From Nitrospinaceae bacterium (GTDB taxonomy: Bacteria; Nitrospinota; Nitrospinia; Nitrospinales; Nitrospinaceae), in contig OZ245011.1 in NCBI GenBank assembly GCA_965223665.1, forward strand, positions 3,616,001-3,680,000: a DNA stretch of 64,000 nucleotides, written 5' to 3'. Position numbers and translations under genes: made by a program. Under the pieces are notes generated by a model. That model was not told the origin of the DNA. It saw nothing but the letters and a program-made list of their open reading frames with translations, and did no database searches. Shown here piece by piece: positions 49,782-60,346 of the stretch; position 1 is the stretch's first letter; the number at the start of each line of letters is the position of its first letter.

Positions 49782-50327
49782 ATGAAAACACTGACTACGA
49801 AATTAAAGGGCTTACTCTTGATTGAACCTGATATCTTTAAAGATGAGCGAGGTTTTTTCATGGAAACCTATAGCCAAAAAAAATATCAATCTGTAGGAGT
49901 TAAAGTTCCTTTTGTTCAGGATAATTTTGCCAGATCTTCAAGGGGAGTTTTGCGGGGGTTGCACTATCAAGTTCAATTTGGCCAGGATAAGTTGGTTTAT
50001 GTGTCACAGGGAGAGGTTTTTGATGTTGTGGTAGATATTCGAAGAGAATCGGAAACCTTTGGTCAATGGGAGGGATTTTCGTTGTCTTCAAGTAATAAGA
50101 GACAATTATTCATCCCTAAGGGTTTTGCACATGGATATTGTGTGGTTTCCGATATTGCAGAATTTCAATATAAATGTTCGGATTATTATCATCCAGAAGA
50201 TGAGGGAGGTTTAATATGGAATGATCCAACGGTTAATATCGAATGGCCAGTACAAAATCCTGTTATTTCTGAAAAAGATTTAAACCTTCCCAAAATAAAT
50301 GAGATTTCTTATCCTGTCCTCGTTTAA
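49782..50327 (+). CDS. rmlC: dTDP-4-dehydrorhamnose 3,5-epimerase
   Basis: DERGFF.E, FVQDN, GVLRGLHYQ, FIPKGFAHG, YKC. Confidence 0.95.
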   Translation: MKTLTTKLKGLLLIEPDIFKDERGFFMETYSQKKYQSVGVKVPFVQDNFARSSRGVLRGLHYQVQFGQDKLVYVSQGEVFDVVVDIRRESETFGQWEGFSLSSSNKRQLFIPKGFAHGYCVVSDIAEFQYKCSDYYHPEDEGGLIWNDPTVNIEWPVQNPVISEKDLNLPKINEISYPVLV

Positions 50328-50329
50328 AT

Positions 50330-50992
50330 TTATTGTAAATTTTCCTTTAGAGCCTGAACAAAGTCGTTGTAAATTTCTCTAATAAATTGCTCAATATCAA
50401 AACTTTTTGAGGGATTTTTTGCTTGAAACCTAATAAGAGCATCGTCAATTTGATTGATTATTTGGTCTTGAAAGGCTGGAGTGTTTTGCATTTCTTTCCA
50501 ATAAATGGCAATCAATTCGTTCATTATTTTTTGAGCAGATGGATTTTCCAGAAATGTATCGTAAGAAAACCCTTTTTGATTGGCACTTTTTAATAAGTTA
50601 TAAATTTTTTGGTTATATTCTTCCCATAAATCATTTCCAAGAAGGATGGCAACGGATTTGGCTAAAGCGGGATAAATTGTTTGCCTAATTTGGCTCTTTT
50701 TGAAGTATGGTTCCAATTTGTGGACGAATAAGCGTCCGACATGGTCTTTTCGTTGACTTTTTTCGGTATTAATAAAATATTGATTTACTAATTTTGGGCA
50801 TTGGTCATCAAAGGCAGATTCAATACATAAATCACAAACTTGAATTGCTTCTTTTTCAGCTATTTCTAGTAGTTCAGACTCCTCCATATCTGGATTTTCC
50901 CTTACTAATTGAAGAGATTTCCGAATAATAACTCTCCGGAATTGTTCCGTACGCTTAGATTCGTCTGGAAATAATGGATTATAATTATTCAC
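50330..50992 (-). CDS. hypothetical helical protein
   Basis: 220-aa ORF with GTG start; no recognised motif. Confidence 0.7.
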   Translation of the reverse strand: MNNYNPLFPDESKRTEQFRRVIIRKSLQLVRENPDMEESELLEIAEKEAIQVCDLCIESAFDDQCPKLVNQYFINTEKSQRKDHVGRLFVHKLEPYFKKSQIRQTIYPALAKSVAILLGNDLWEEYNQKIYNLLKSANQKGFSYDTFLENPSAQKIMNELIAIYWKEMQNTPAFQDQIINQIDDALIRFQAKNPSKSFDIEQFIREIYNDFVQALKENLQ

Positions 50993-51153
50993 ATTGAACC
51001 TTTGAAAAAGGTGACTTTAGAGTTTTTAATTAAAAATATATTAAGAAAATTTAACTAAAAACTGCTTATGTTTGGTATTCAAATTACCGATTATTTATAC
51101 ATAAGTATTAATAGCAATTAACTTTAGAGTAATGGTAAATTGGGAAAAATACA

Positions 51154-51984
51154 ATGGAAGTTCAAACGACAACAAATGATGTAAACTTGATAGGCAAAAA
51201 GTCTATTGAAACGCAAATAGAATCTTTATTGTCTGGCGATATCAGTTTGAAAACTCAGGAAGGTGACGTTGTTAAAATTTCTGTAGGATCGGAGAAGTCA
51301 TTCGAGGAATCGGAAACCACCAGCCAGTTTTCCAATGGTAGTGTTCATCAGGAGTTGTCTGTCGTAGCGGTGGCCGCTTCTAAATATTCCTTATACGTAC
51401 AGGGTGATTTAAATGAAGAAGAGATTCGAGCAATTACTCAATTGGCGGAAAAAATAAACCCAATTGCTTCAAATTTTTTTAATTCTGAACAAATCAATTT
51501 AGAAGAATTGACTTCCTCCTTTTCAAATAATTCAGGGGTGATTCAGGCTTTAGAATTAAATTTAGAAAAAAGTGTGACAGCGGTATTTTCGAGTGAAACA
51601 TTTTCTAGGATTCCAACGCAGGTTCCTGCAAATAATCCCACAGAAATTCCAGTGGAAAATAACCCTTTGGCAAACCTGGCTGAGATTAGAAACCCTGTAG
51701 AATTGATCAATGTAACGACAGAAGCAGTTTTTGCTGAGCAAGCTATTTCAGTTTTACAGGAAAAAGAAATTATTCAAACATTGAGAGAATTCTTTAAGTT
51801 CCTACGTGAAAGATTGACTGCTTTTGCTGAAGTAGGACAGCTACCGTTTGAAACTCAAGCCAATCAAAACCAATCACCTGCTTTTGCAGATAATGAAAGT
51901 GATTTTTCTCAGTCAGAGGGAAATCCACCCAATCCAGCCCCTGAATCTCCAACCAAAGCACCTGAAATTGCTATCGATGTTTAA
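51154..51984 (+). CDS. hypothetical acidic protein
   Basis: LKTQEGDVVKI and VQGDLNEEE motifs; C-terminal IAIDV. Confidence 0.75.
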   Translation: MEVQTTTNDVNLIGKKSIETQIESLLSGDISLKTQEGDVVKISVGSEKSFEESETTSQFSNGSVHQELSVVAVAASKYSLYVQGDLNEEEIRAITQLAEKINPIASNFFNSEQINLEELTSSFSNNSGVIQALELNLEKSVTAVFSSETFSRIPTQVPANNPTEIPVENNPLANLAEIRNPVELINVTTEAVFAEQAISVLQEKEIIQTLREFFKFLRERLTAFAEVGQLPFETQANQNQSPAFADNESDFSQSEGNPPNPAPESPTKAPEIAIDV

Positions 51985-52049
51985 GTGAGGACATAAAAAG
52001 TAGATTTCGGAAGATTACTTTTTAAAGGAACATTAGAAGAAAAAATGAA

Positions 52050-52808
52050 TTACGGCATTAAGGCTCCATTATTGATATCTAAAGTCTGCCCTGTAATTGA
52101 AACTTGATCGCCGGAAATAAGAAAAGCCACCATTTGGGCAATTTCTTCAGGCTCCGACATTTTTCCCAAGGGAACATCATTCATTGCTTGTTTAAAGGCT
52201 TCATCTTTGGAAATTTTTAGAAAGTCGGCAAAGCTTTGCAAACCTTCATGTGCCATATCTGTGTTTACCCATCCGGGGCATAAGGCATTGACAAGGATTT
52301 TATCTTGAGTTAATTGATTAGAAAGAGAACGCATCAGGCCTAATATCCCAGCTTTAGAAGCACAATAAGCGGAATACCCGGGAACTCCTAATCTAGCCAA
52401 TATTGAAGAAATGAATACAATATGTCGAAACCCAATTGTATTATTTTTTAAGTAGGGAATAGTTTCATGAGCAGTAAAATAGCTTCCCGTTAGATTTGTA
52501 TCTATAATCTCATTCCACCGGTCTGTCTTGCCATATTGGTTTTCTCCGCCAATTCCTGCATTGATGATTACCGCATATAAATTCTTTGGATTGCTTGATT
52601 GCAGGGCTTCTTTGATTTCTTCAGGTTTGCGAATATCACAAGAAAAAGTTTGGTGGTGATTGCTGTTTTGAAAATTTTGAACCGCCTGATCCAGTTTAGT
52701 CCTATTTCTGCCCAGAAGAATAAGATGATATCCTCTTTGATCTAATAAGCTTGCAATGGCTAATCCAATTCCCGAGCCTGCTCCAGTTATAAGAATTTGG
52801 TTTTCCAT
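52050..52808 (-). CDS. short-chain dehydrogenase/reductase
   Basis: TGAGSGIG, NAG, YCASK, CPGWV.T. Confidence 0.9.
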   Translation of the reverse strand: MENQILITGAGSGIGLAIASLLDQRGYHLILLGRNRTKLDQAVQNFQNSNHHQTFSCDIRKPEEIKEALQSSNPKNLYAVIINAGIGGENQYGKTDRWNEIIDTNLTGSYFTAHETIPYLKNNTIGFRHIVFISSILARLGVPGYSAYCASKAGILGLMRSLSNQLTQDKILVNALCPGWVNTDMAHEGLQSFADFLKISKDEAFKQAMNDVPLGKMSEPEEIAQMVAFLISGDQVSITGQTLDINNGALMP

Positions 52809-52824
52809 CGGTTTTTAATGGTTG

Positions 52825-53679
52825 TTAACGGTTTAAAATGACTTCAATGAAATTCTCTAAATCTTTGGCTTTTTCGTCTTCCTTGTTTTTTTGATAAACT
52901 TTATTAAGGTTATACATCATGCGTACAATAATATCTCTATAGGTCAAGGGAAAAAGGTAATGCTCTTGAAATTCAATTCCAAAGCTTCGTACTAAATCTG
53001 CGCAATCTTTCGTAGAAAGAACCTTGCCGTCATTAAATGGATCAAAATAAATTGGGTTTTTAGGGGTATTATATTTCAAAATAAAATGTCCCGGCAGACC
53101 TATTCCAACTATGGGAAGGTTTAGCCGTTGACCAATTAATATATAAATAGCTGAAAGAGAAATTGGAATTCCGGTTTTATTCTTTATTACTGTGTCAAAG
53201 TAACTATTGTCCGGATCAAAATAATTTGACTTGTTTCCTTTGAAACCTTTTGTTTCGCTTAAGAATTTTGTTAATTCAGATACAATGATTTCATTTTTTT
53301 CCTTTAAAGAAACCTTGCTTGAAAATTCTTTGGCAAAATTATCTAAAGTGTCAGTGACCATTTTAGGGTCCGCGTTGGGATGGCCGTATTGCATTAATAG
53401 GAGAATGGCACTTTCAAGATTAATTTCTTCTCCAGATTTGGTTTTTGCAAGTTCTCGAAATTTTTCAGCTATTTGCCGAGGGGCAATTCTTTTTAAAATA
53501 TTTTCAATATGAAACCGTAGGTTTAAATTTTCTTCTCTCTGAGCCATTTCTAAAAAGGGAATAGCGTCAGTTCCTAATTCAATTAATCGTTGGCTCACTT
53601 TATCCCTGATGTCTGGATCACGATCTTCCAATAGCCTGATTAAAGAGAAGATTTCTGAGTTTTCCGAAGAAGTTGCCAT
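52825..53679 (-). CDS. SirB1/transglutaminase-like protein with N-terminal HEAT-like repeat
   Basis: GFKGN..NYFDPDNS, GIPISLS, GLPGHF, DPFNDG. Confidence 0.85.
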   Translation of the reverse strand: MATSSENSEIFSLIRLLEDRDPDIRDKVSQRLIELGTDAIPFLEMAQREENLNLRFHIENILKRIAPRQIAEKFRELAKTKSGEEINLESAILLLMQYGHPNADPKMVTDTLDNFAKEFSSKVSLKEKNEIIVSELTKFLSETKGFKGNKSNYFDPDNSYFDTVIKNKTGIPISLSAIYILIGQRLNLPIVGIGLPGHFILKYNTPKNPIYFDPFNDGKVLSTKDCADLVRSFGIEFQEHYLFPLTYRDIIVRMMYNLNKVYQKNKEDEKAKDLENFIEVILNR

Positions 53680-53703
53680 GAAATAAATCAGTAAAATGAT
53701 TAT

Positions 53704-53741
53704 AAAAGAAACATGAGTTTGATGTTCTCAAACTCATGCTT
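53704..53741 (-). terminator. intrinsic terminator after the peroxiredoxin gene
   Basis: CATGAGTTTGA-GAACA-TCAAACTCATG followed by TTTCTTTT. Confidence 0.7.
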
Positions 53742-53751
53742 CTATAATATT

Positions 53752-54387
53752 TTATAAATCTGGTTGAGGAGTCATACGTAAATAGGGCTTGACCACTTTA
53801 TGCCCTTTAGGGAATTTCGCTGGAATATCCTCAGTTTTTATTGCAGGGACTACTACACAATCCTCTCCATGTTTCCAATCTGCAGGTGTCGCTACACTAT
53901 AATTAGCTGTCAATTGTAATGAATCGAGGACACGAAGTAATTCATTAAAATTTCTACCTGTAGAGGCAGGGTAGGTTAGGGTGAGTTTTACTTTTTTATC
54001 AGGTCCAATAATGAAAACGGATCGAACTGTTAAATTATCCAAAGCGTTGGGATGAATCATATCGTAAGTAGTAGCAATTTTTTTTTCAGGATCAGCAATG
54101 ATCGGGTAATTAACTTTGCAATTTTGTGTTTCATTTATATCGTTGATCCACCCTTTGTGATCATCAACTGAATCCACACTTAAGGCGATTACCTTGCAAT
54201 TCCGTTTAGAGAATTCTTCTTTTAGGTTGGCAACTCTGCCAAGTTCAGTCGTGCATACCGGGGTATAATCTTTAGGATGTGAAAAAAAGATTCCCCAGCC
54301 ATCGCCCAGCCATTCATGAAAATCTATAGTTCCTTCTGTGGTTTCGGCGGTAAAATTCGGTGCAGTATCTCCAAGTCTTATGGCCAT
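53752..54387 (-). CDS. 1-Cys peroxiredoxin (Prx6 type)
   Basis: FSHPKDYTPVCTTELG, YPASTGRNF.E, ATPADW. Confidence 0.95.
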   Translation of the reverse strand: MAIRLGDTAPNFTAETTEGTIDFHEWLGDGWGIFFSHPKDYTPVCTTELGRVANLKEEFSKRNCKVIALSVDSVDDHKGWINDINETQNCKVNYPIIADPEKKIATTYDMIHPNALDNLTVRSVFIIGPDKKVKLTLTYPASTGRNFNELLRVLDSLQLTANYSVATPADWKHGEDCVVVPAIKTEDIPAKFPKGHKVVKPYLRMTPQPDL

Positions 54388-54609
54388 GATTTGGGTCCTT
54401 TCTAAATCAGGTTTTCTTTATCAAATTAATAAATGTAAAATATTTGCAATGATTCTTACTATTTTTTAAGGACGTAAAATCTGAAACCTTGAGGGAGGAT
54501 TCAACGTCCAATAATACAAGCAAATTTGTAGCTTTAAGAGGGATTATACCAAAAAAGTATTTAAGTTGGGTTCTAAAGCGTAATTAACCTAATCATTCTT
54601 GTAGAAATC

Positions 54610-54957
54610 ATGGGTAATGAAGCAAATTTTGATGAGCAATTCGACTACACACTGACTTTATTAAAGAAAATCTGGGTTGTATTGGTGATTGGGCTGTATG
54701 CGCTCTGTTTTTATAATGAATATAAATTTCCGGGAGCACACATTCAACCCTTAAAAGGTGAAGAGATATTGTGGAAAATGGAGCGGGTCTTATATTTTGG
54801 GTTGCTCGGAGTTGGGGTGCTTACAGATATTGTTCAAATGCGATTAGACAGAAATAAAGCATTTCTTTTTTTATTCGCTTCGCTAATTTTGGGAGGGCTT
54901 TCCACTTCGATAGGGGCTCTGCATTTTAAATCCGTACAATTTTTATTTGGAAATTAA
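54610..54957 (+). CDS. hypothetical membrane protein (about 3 TM)
   Basis: 115-aa ORF with three hydrophobic segments. Confidence 0.7.
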   Translation: MGNEANFDEQFDYTLTLLKKIWVVLVIGLYALCFYNEYKFPGAHIQPLKGEEILWKMERVLYFGLLGVGVLTDIVQMRLDRNKAFLFLFASLILGGLSTSIGALHFKSVQFLFGN

Positions 54958-55046
54958 GAGAGCAAAAGATTTATATAGGAATGCATTCTATATTTAAAGC
55001 GATTTATTTTTGAATTAAAATAATTCACAAAAAAATTTTAGAAGAT

Positions 55047-55119
<73 letters not shown>

Positions 55120-55177
55120 TCTGTTATCTGGAAGGGGGCTGTAGGGGCTGAGATTTTATTAGTTCAAGCTTTGATCT

Positions 55178-56647
55178 TTATGGATTAAAATCCTTAATGA
55201 GATGAATCACACTCGCATCCATCATCTCCATCAATGGTCCAGGATACAAACCAATACCCAATACCAGGAAAGCCAATGGAATCAACGCAGCAAGTTCCAA
55301 ATTCGATAAATCCGGGAGCATTTTTGCGGTTTCTGTTTTAGGCTCCCCTAATGCCACCCTTTGGAGCATCCACAACATATAAGCTGCAGCTAAAACAATA
55401 CCGCCCATAGAGATAAGAACTATTGGAAAATTGACATAGGAAGTTCCTACCAGTACTAAAAACTCACCAATGAAATTGCAGGTACCTGGTAGTCCAAAAG
55501 CAGCGACTGAGAACAAAAAGAAAAATGCAACAAATCTTGGCATGGGTTTATGCAATCCGCCGTAGTCCGAAATAGCTCGACTGTGAGTGCGGTCATATAA
55601 TTGTCCAACAGCAATAAACAAAGCGGCCGTAGTAATTCCATGGTTGAACATTTGCAAGACGGCTCCCTGAATGCCCTGATTATTAAACACAAAAATTCCG
55701 AGTGTGACAAAACCCATGTGAGAAACTGAAGAATATGCCACGAGTTTTTTAAGGTCGGATTGAGCTAAAGCCAGATAACCCCCATATATAATGGCTATGA
55801 CTGATAACCACAAAGTGTATGGTGCGAATTGTGCCGAAGCCTCCGGAAACATTGGCAAACAAAAACGTATAAATCCATAACCTCCCATTTTTAAAAGCAC
55901 ACCAGCCAGAATCACACTGCCAGCAGTCGGAGCTTCCGAGTGTGCGTCAGGGAGCCAAGTATGAAAGGGAACCATTGGCATTTTGATGGCAAAAGCCAGA
56001 AAAAACGCCAGGAACAACCAGAATTGTGTAGTGGAGGAATAAGTTTGTTTGGATAAAACCAATAGATCGTAGGTATGTCCCCCATTTAGATAAATGCCTA
56101 ATATACCCACCAGTAGCAGTAAGCTTCCAGTTAGACTGTACAAAACGAACTTTAGTCCGGCAGCTATACGATTTGGTCCTCCCCATAGAATAATCATAAA
56201 ATACATGGGAATCATTGTTACTTCCCACAACATGAAAAACAGGAATAGATCCAGAGCGGTAAAGACCACAATCATGGCCCCTTCAACTAACAATATTAAC
56301 GAGAGATAGGCTCTTACTCGATTGGTGATTCCCTTCCACGAGCAAAGGACACAAATTGGGCAAAGTAGAGCTGTGAGCATCACTAATAGAATACTGATGC
56401 CATCCACACCAACTGCGTACTGGATATTAAAAGTAGTCATCCATTCCACGCGTTCCACGAACTGCATGTCTTTTAGAGAGGGATCAAAATTCCTCCAAAG
56501 AATTAGCGAAAGGAAAAACACCACCAATGTGATGCACAAGGCAATTCGTCGAATCCATTCTTCATTACGCACGAAAGCCAGAATGACGATTCCTAAAAAA
56601 GGAACGGCAATCATCCCGCTAATCAGATGATCCATTAAAATAGCCAT
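55178..56647 (-). CDS. NuoM-like antiporter subunit
   Basis: GVDGIS, LFFMLWE, AFAIKMP.VPFHTWLPDAH.EAP, LLKMG.YG, AYSSVSHMG. Confidence 0.9.
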   Translation of the reverse strand: MAILMDHLISGMIAVPFLGIVILAFVRNEEWIRRIALCITLVVFFLSLILWRNFDPSLKDMQFVERVEWMTTFNIQYAVGVDGISILLVMLTALLCPICVLCSWKGITNRVRAYLSLILLVEGAMIVVFTALDLFLFFMLWEVTMIPMYFMIILWGGPNRIAAGLKFVLYSLTGSLLLLVGILGIYLNGGHTYDLLVLSKQTYSSTTQFWLFLAFFLAFAIKMPMVPFHTWLPDAHSEAPTAGSVILAGVLLKMGGYGFIRFCLPMFPEASAQFAPYTLWLSVIAIIYGGYLALAQSDLKKLVAYSSVSHMGFVTLGIFVFNNQGIQGAVLQMFNHGITTAALFIAVGQLYDRTHSRAISDYGGLHKPMPRFVAFFFLFSVAAFGLPGTCNFIGEFLVLVGTSYVNFPIVLISMGGIVLAAAYMLWMLQRVALGEPKTETAKMLPDLSNLELAALIPLAFLVLGIGLYPGPLMEMMDASVIHLIKDFNP

Positions 56648-56771
56648 TTTAGTATCCTCCTGCCTACGAAATAAACAATCTCTCGGATTTTTATATTAGC
56701 TCATGAAAAATGAAGTAAGGCAAATTGCAACCAGATTCTTTTATTATAACTGGGGTACAAATCGGAAACGT

Positions 56772-58868
56772 TTAAACCAAAAAATACAATAGACCAGTCA
56801 TTGCCACTAACCAAAATATCATTACTAATAACTGATGTTGGATAGTACGGGATTCCATTTCTCGTAGCATTTGTCCTGCCGCAACGCGTTCTGCTACTTT
56901 CCCAACCCTTTGATCCAACCAGTGAATGTCAATAATTCGCCATAACTTCCCGGCCAAATACACAGTAATGTTGGCCAAAGAATGGATAAAATGATCTATT
57001 ACCCTTATATCCATAAAACGCCACAACCACCTGGCAAAACTCACAGTATAAGTGGCCATAGATCCGATGAAACCATCAATAACTTTTACATCAACATTTC
57101 GCCACAACCAATGTGCGACCCTAATAGAAGGGTTTACAATAAAGGCCTCATAGAATTCATCAAAATACCCTTTATTCCAAAACAAGACATACAATCGACG
57201 GTTTTTTACGTTGGCATGTGAGGCTTGAGGTTTGGTTTGAGAATGTTTTGAGTATGCATAGAACCATCCTGCTACTGCTACGCCGAGAGAAACTACCAGC
57301 CAAAAAGAAAAGTTTTGTTCAACTGGGCCTTTCCCCAAATCAACTCCTGGAATGGTTAAGGCAGGAGCAAGAAAATTGGCAAACCAACTCCAAAAAAATG
57401 TCAATAACCCACCTACCAAAACCGTAACCAGAAAAAGGCCAGATAAAATTGACATATTTAAAAACTGAGGCCTAATTGATCGCATTTCCAAACTTTGTTT
57501 TCCTGAAGCAGGTAAGTACGTCTTTGGACCATGAGCAAAAAGCGAGATGATGCTTTTAAAAATATATTGAGAGGCGATAAATACAGTAATCAAGCCAATG
57601 ATTTTGAATCCTATCGAGGCTGACGCAAACCCTGTGATTCCCCATAAATATTCATACGATCCGGAAAAAAGTACTAACGGCGGGAGTAAAGCCAATAAAA
57701 AAGCCCCGCCATATAGGATACCCATGCCCTCATTGGTATGAGGTTCATGATCCTCATGCCCAAGTCCCTGTTCCACCGATCGCAAACTATTACCCGTAGA
57801 CAGAAAAAAGAAAGCTTTGTAGCACCCATGAGCAAGAAGATGAAAAATGGCCACTGCAAAAGCACCCAAACCGCAAGCCATGACCATGAATCCAATTTGA
57901 CTAATGGTGGAATAGGCTAAAGACTTTTTGATATCAGATTGAGGCAAGGAAACTATTCCGGCAAATATAGCGGTTGTAGCCCCAATTATGGCAATGAACG
58001 TCATGGCGGATGGAGAAAGGATAATCAATGGGCTCAATCGTACCAACAAAAAAGGACCTGCATTTACCATAGTAGCGGCATGAATAAGGGCTGAAACTGG
58101 AGTCGGAGCTTCCATCGCCCCCGGCAACCATACATGAAACGGTATTTGTGCTGACTTTCCCATAGCTCCCATAAAGAGGAAAAAAGGAATAAGAGTTAAG
58201 GGATATATATGAAATTCCAAGCCCATCCATCCTAAGATATTGATAGTATGGTTTTGCATGCTTTCAGCCTGGCCAAGAATAGTCGGAATATCCAGAGTTC
58301 CAAAGGTAAAGAAGGTTAAAATAATGCCAAAACTTAATCCGACATCCGCGATTGAGTTTACGAGAAAAGCTTTGGTGGCTGCGCGGCCAGCGGAAGGTCT
58401 TTCCGCTGCGTGAGAAATCAAAAGATAGGAACAGATTCCCATGACTTCCCAACTTATCAATAGCATCAAAAGGTTGCCACTCATAACTAACAAAATCATA
58501 GAAAAAGTAAACAACGCAATGACAGCAAAAAAACGATTATAGGTTGACTCTCCAATCATATAACGAGAAGAATATACATGCACAACCCCACTTACTCCGG
58601 TGACTAAGAGTAAAAGCAAAACAGTCAGTTGATCAACAAACAGAGTTAGATCAATGGTCAGCGAACCAGAGTGAAACAGTCGGTAAAGGGAAATGGTAAA
58701 CGATCCATTTTTTAACACTTCAATGAATGCGGCAACAGATAACGCAAAGGAAATTCCAATGGCAGGAATTCCAATACGGTGACCGTTCTCCCCCCAACGA
58801 CGTCCCCCAAGTAAAAGAATGAGAGAAGCTAGAAAAGGAAGCAAAGGAATGAGGACGTAAATTGCCAT
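56772..58868 (-). CDS. NuoL/MrpA/DabB-like antiporter subunit
   Basis: WEVMG.CSYLLI, KSAQIPFHVWLP.AMEAPTPVSALIHAATMV.AG, HLLAHG.YKA. Confidence 0.9.
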   Translation of the reverse strand: MAIYVLIPLLPFLASLILLLGGRRWGENGHRIGIPAIGISFALSVAAFIEVLKNGSFTISLYRLFHSGSLTIDLTLFVDQLTVLLLLLVTGVSGVVHVYSSRYMIGESTYNRFFAVIALFTFSMILLVMSGNLLMLLISWEVMGICSYLLISHAAERPSAGRAATKAFLVNSIADVGLSFGIILTFFTFGTLDIPTILGQAESMQNHTINILGWMGLEFHIYPLTLIPFFLFMGAMGKSAQIPFHVWLPGAMEAPTPVSALIHAATMVNAGPFLLVRLSPLIILSPSAMTFIAIIGATTAIFAGIVSLPQSDIKKSLAYSTISQIGFMVMACGLGAFAVAIFHLLAHGCYKAFFFLSTGNSLRSVEQGLGHEDHEPHTNEGMGILYGGAFLLALLPPLVLFSGSYEYLWGITGFASASIGFKIIGLITVFIASQYIFKSIISLFAHGPKTYLPASGKQSLEMRSIRPQFLNMSILSGLFLVTVLVGGLLTFFWSWFANFLAPALTIPGVDLGKGPVEQNFSFWLVVSLGVAVAGWFYAYSKHSQTKPQASHANVKNRRLYVLFWNKGYFDEFYEAFIVNPSIRVAHWLWRNVDVKVIDGFIGSMATYTVSFARWLWRFMDIRVIDHFIHSLANITVYLAGKLWRIIDIHWLDQRVGKVAERVAAGQMLREMESRTIQHQLLVMIFWLVAMTGLLYFLV

Positions 58869-58876
58869 AATTTCCC

Positions 58877-60346
58877 TTAAAGACCTGGTGGTAGAGCTTG
58901 ATTTAACAACATTTGAACAATGGGAGCACTGAATATTCCAAGAATCATAATTGCGGCGGACGTGATTCCAAGAGTCAGTTTAAATGACAGTGGAATTGCA
59001 CCAAATGTTCCGTCGGATGGAGTTGATGATTGACGGAAAATCCGCTCGAAGAGTTTGACGAAATAGGCAAGCGTCAAGAGCGTAGAAAGTAGTACTGCAG
59101 CGACTGAAAAATAATTGCTTTCATCCAACGCTCCAAGAATAATGTACCATTTGCCAAAAAAACCTCCGGTCGGAGGTAGGCCAATCATGCCCAAGGCCAT
59201 AACCACTAAAGACCCGGTAAGCCAGGGAGCTTGTTTTCCTACACGCCCTATATCATCAATAGTTCTGACCCCATAATGGCAAATTGCTACACCGGCTAAA
59301 AAAAACAGGGCAGCCTGCATAACAGCATCGTTCAATAAATAAAATACTCCTCCGGCAAATCCCGTTGGGTTTCCTTGACTGATGCCAATCAGAATGATGC
59401 CAATGTGCGAAATTCCTCCATAAGAAAACATCATTTTTATATCCCGCTGGGCCAAGGCCAGGCTTGCACCTATGACGGCAGCTAAGGCACCAACAACTTC
59501 CATCAGAACCAAAATAGGAATATTGTAAATAACAATCGATGCATTTAAGACCCAATAGATTATTCTGACCCACGCTAGAAGTGCTACCTTGGTGAGGAGA
59601 GGAGCCAAAATAGGTGAAACAGAATCAGGAGCATAAGTGTAGGCATCCGGCATCCAAGCATGAAACGGTACCAGGGCCATCTTGATTCCCAGGCCAATAA
59701 ACATAAACAGCAGTCCCCCCACTAAAGCTTTTGAACCTAATAATAAGGGAAGTCTTTCGGCTATATCCGCCATATTCAGAGTGCCGCTCACCGCATAAAG
59801 ATAACTAACCCCTAGAAGATAAAGGGAAGCGCCGAGTGTTCCTAAGATAAGATAACGGAATGCGGCAAACAGAGCTCTTCCGCCTGCGACACCGACAAGT
59901 GCGTAACTTGAGATAGCCGCAACTTCTAAAAATACGAATAGATTGAATAGATCCCTGGCGAAAACAATGCCGGTTAAAGCTGATATCAATAGCAAGATCA
60001 ACGTATAATAATGAACGATCCGGCCACCCAGAGCCTTGGGTGAAGTTGTTCCTGTAAATATCACACCCAGCAAACCCAAAGCACTCAGCAATACTAACAT
60101 GACACTCGCTAATCCATCAGCCACCCATTCAATGCCGAGGGGTACTGTCCAACCGCTAAAAACATAACGCACCTCTCCATGATTAGTGACGTTGTAAAGA
60201 TTCCAAATTGAGACAAGAACCATAACTGCTAGAATTACCAAAGAAATTCTGTGGCTCCAGTGACGATGTTTTAAACAAACCACTGGCATAGAAATGGCGG
60301 CGAATAATGGAAGTAAAAATAAGATTGCAGGAAGTTGGTGATTCAT
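58877..60346 (-). CDS. mnhD: Mrp/Mnh cation:H+ antiporter subunit D
   Basis: LGIEWVAD, DLFNLFVFLE, IKMALVPFHAW.PDAY..AP, GLPPTGGF.GKW. Confidence 0.85.
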   Translation of the reverse strand: MNHQLPAILFLLPLFAAISMPVVCLKHRHWSHRISLVILAVMVLVSIWNLYNVTNHGEVRYVFSGWTVPLGIEWVADGLASVMLVLLSALGLLGVIFTGTTSPKALGGRIVHYYTLILLLISALTGIVFARDLFNLFVFLEVAAISSYALVGVAGGRALFAAFRYLILGTLGASLYLLGVSYLYAVSGTLNMADIAERLPLLLGSKALVGGLLFMFIGLGIKMALVPFHAWMPDAYTYAPDSVSPILAPLLTKVALLAWVRIIYWVLNASIVIYNIPILVLMEVVGALAAVIGASLALAQRDIKMMFSYGGISHIGIILIGISQGNPTGFAGGVFYLLNDAVMQAALFFLAGVAICHYGVRTIDDIGRVGKQAPWLTGSLVVMALGMIGLPPTGGFFGKWYIILGALDESNYFSVAAVLLSTLLTLAYFVKLFERIFRQSSTPSDGTFGAIPLSFKLTLGITSAAIMILGIFSAPIVQMLLNQALPPGL

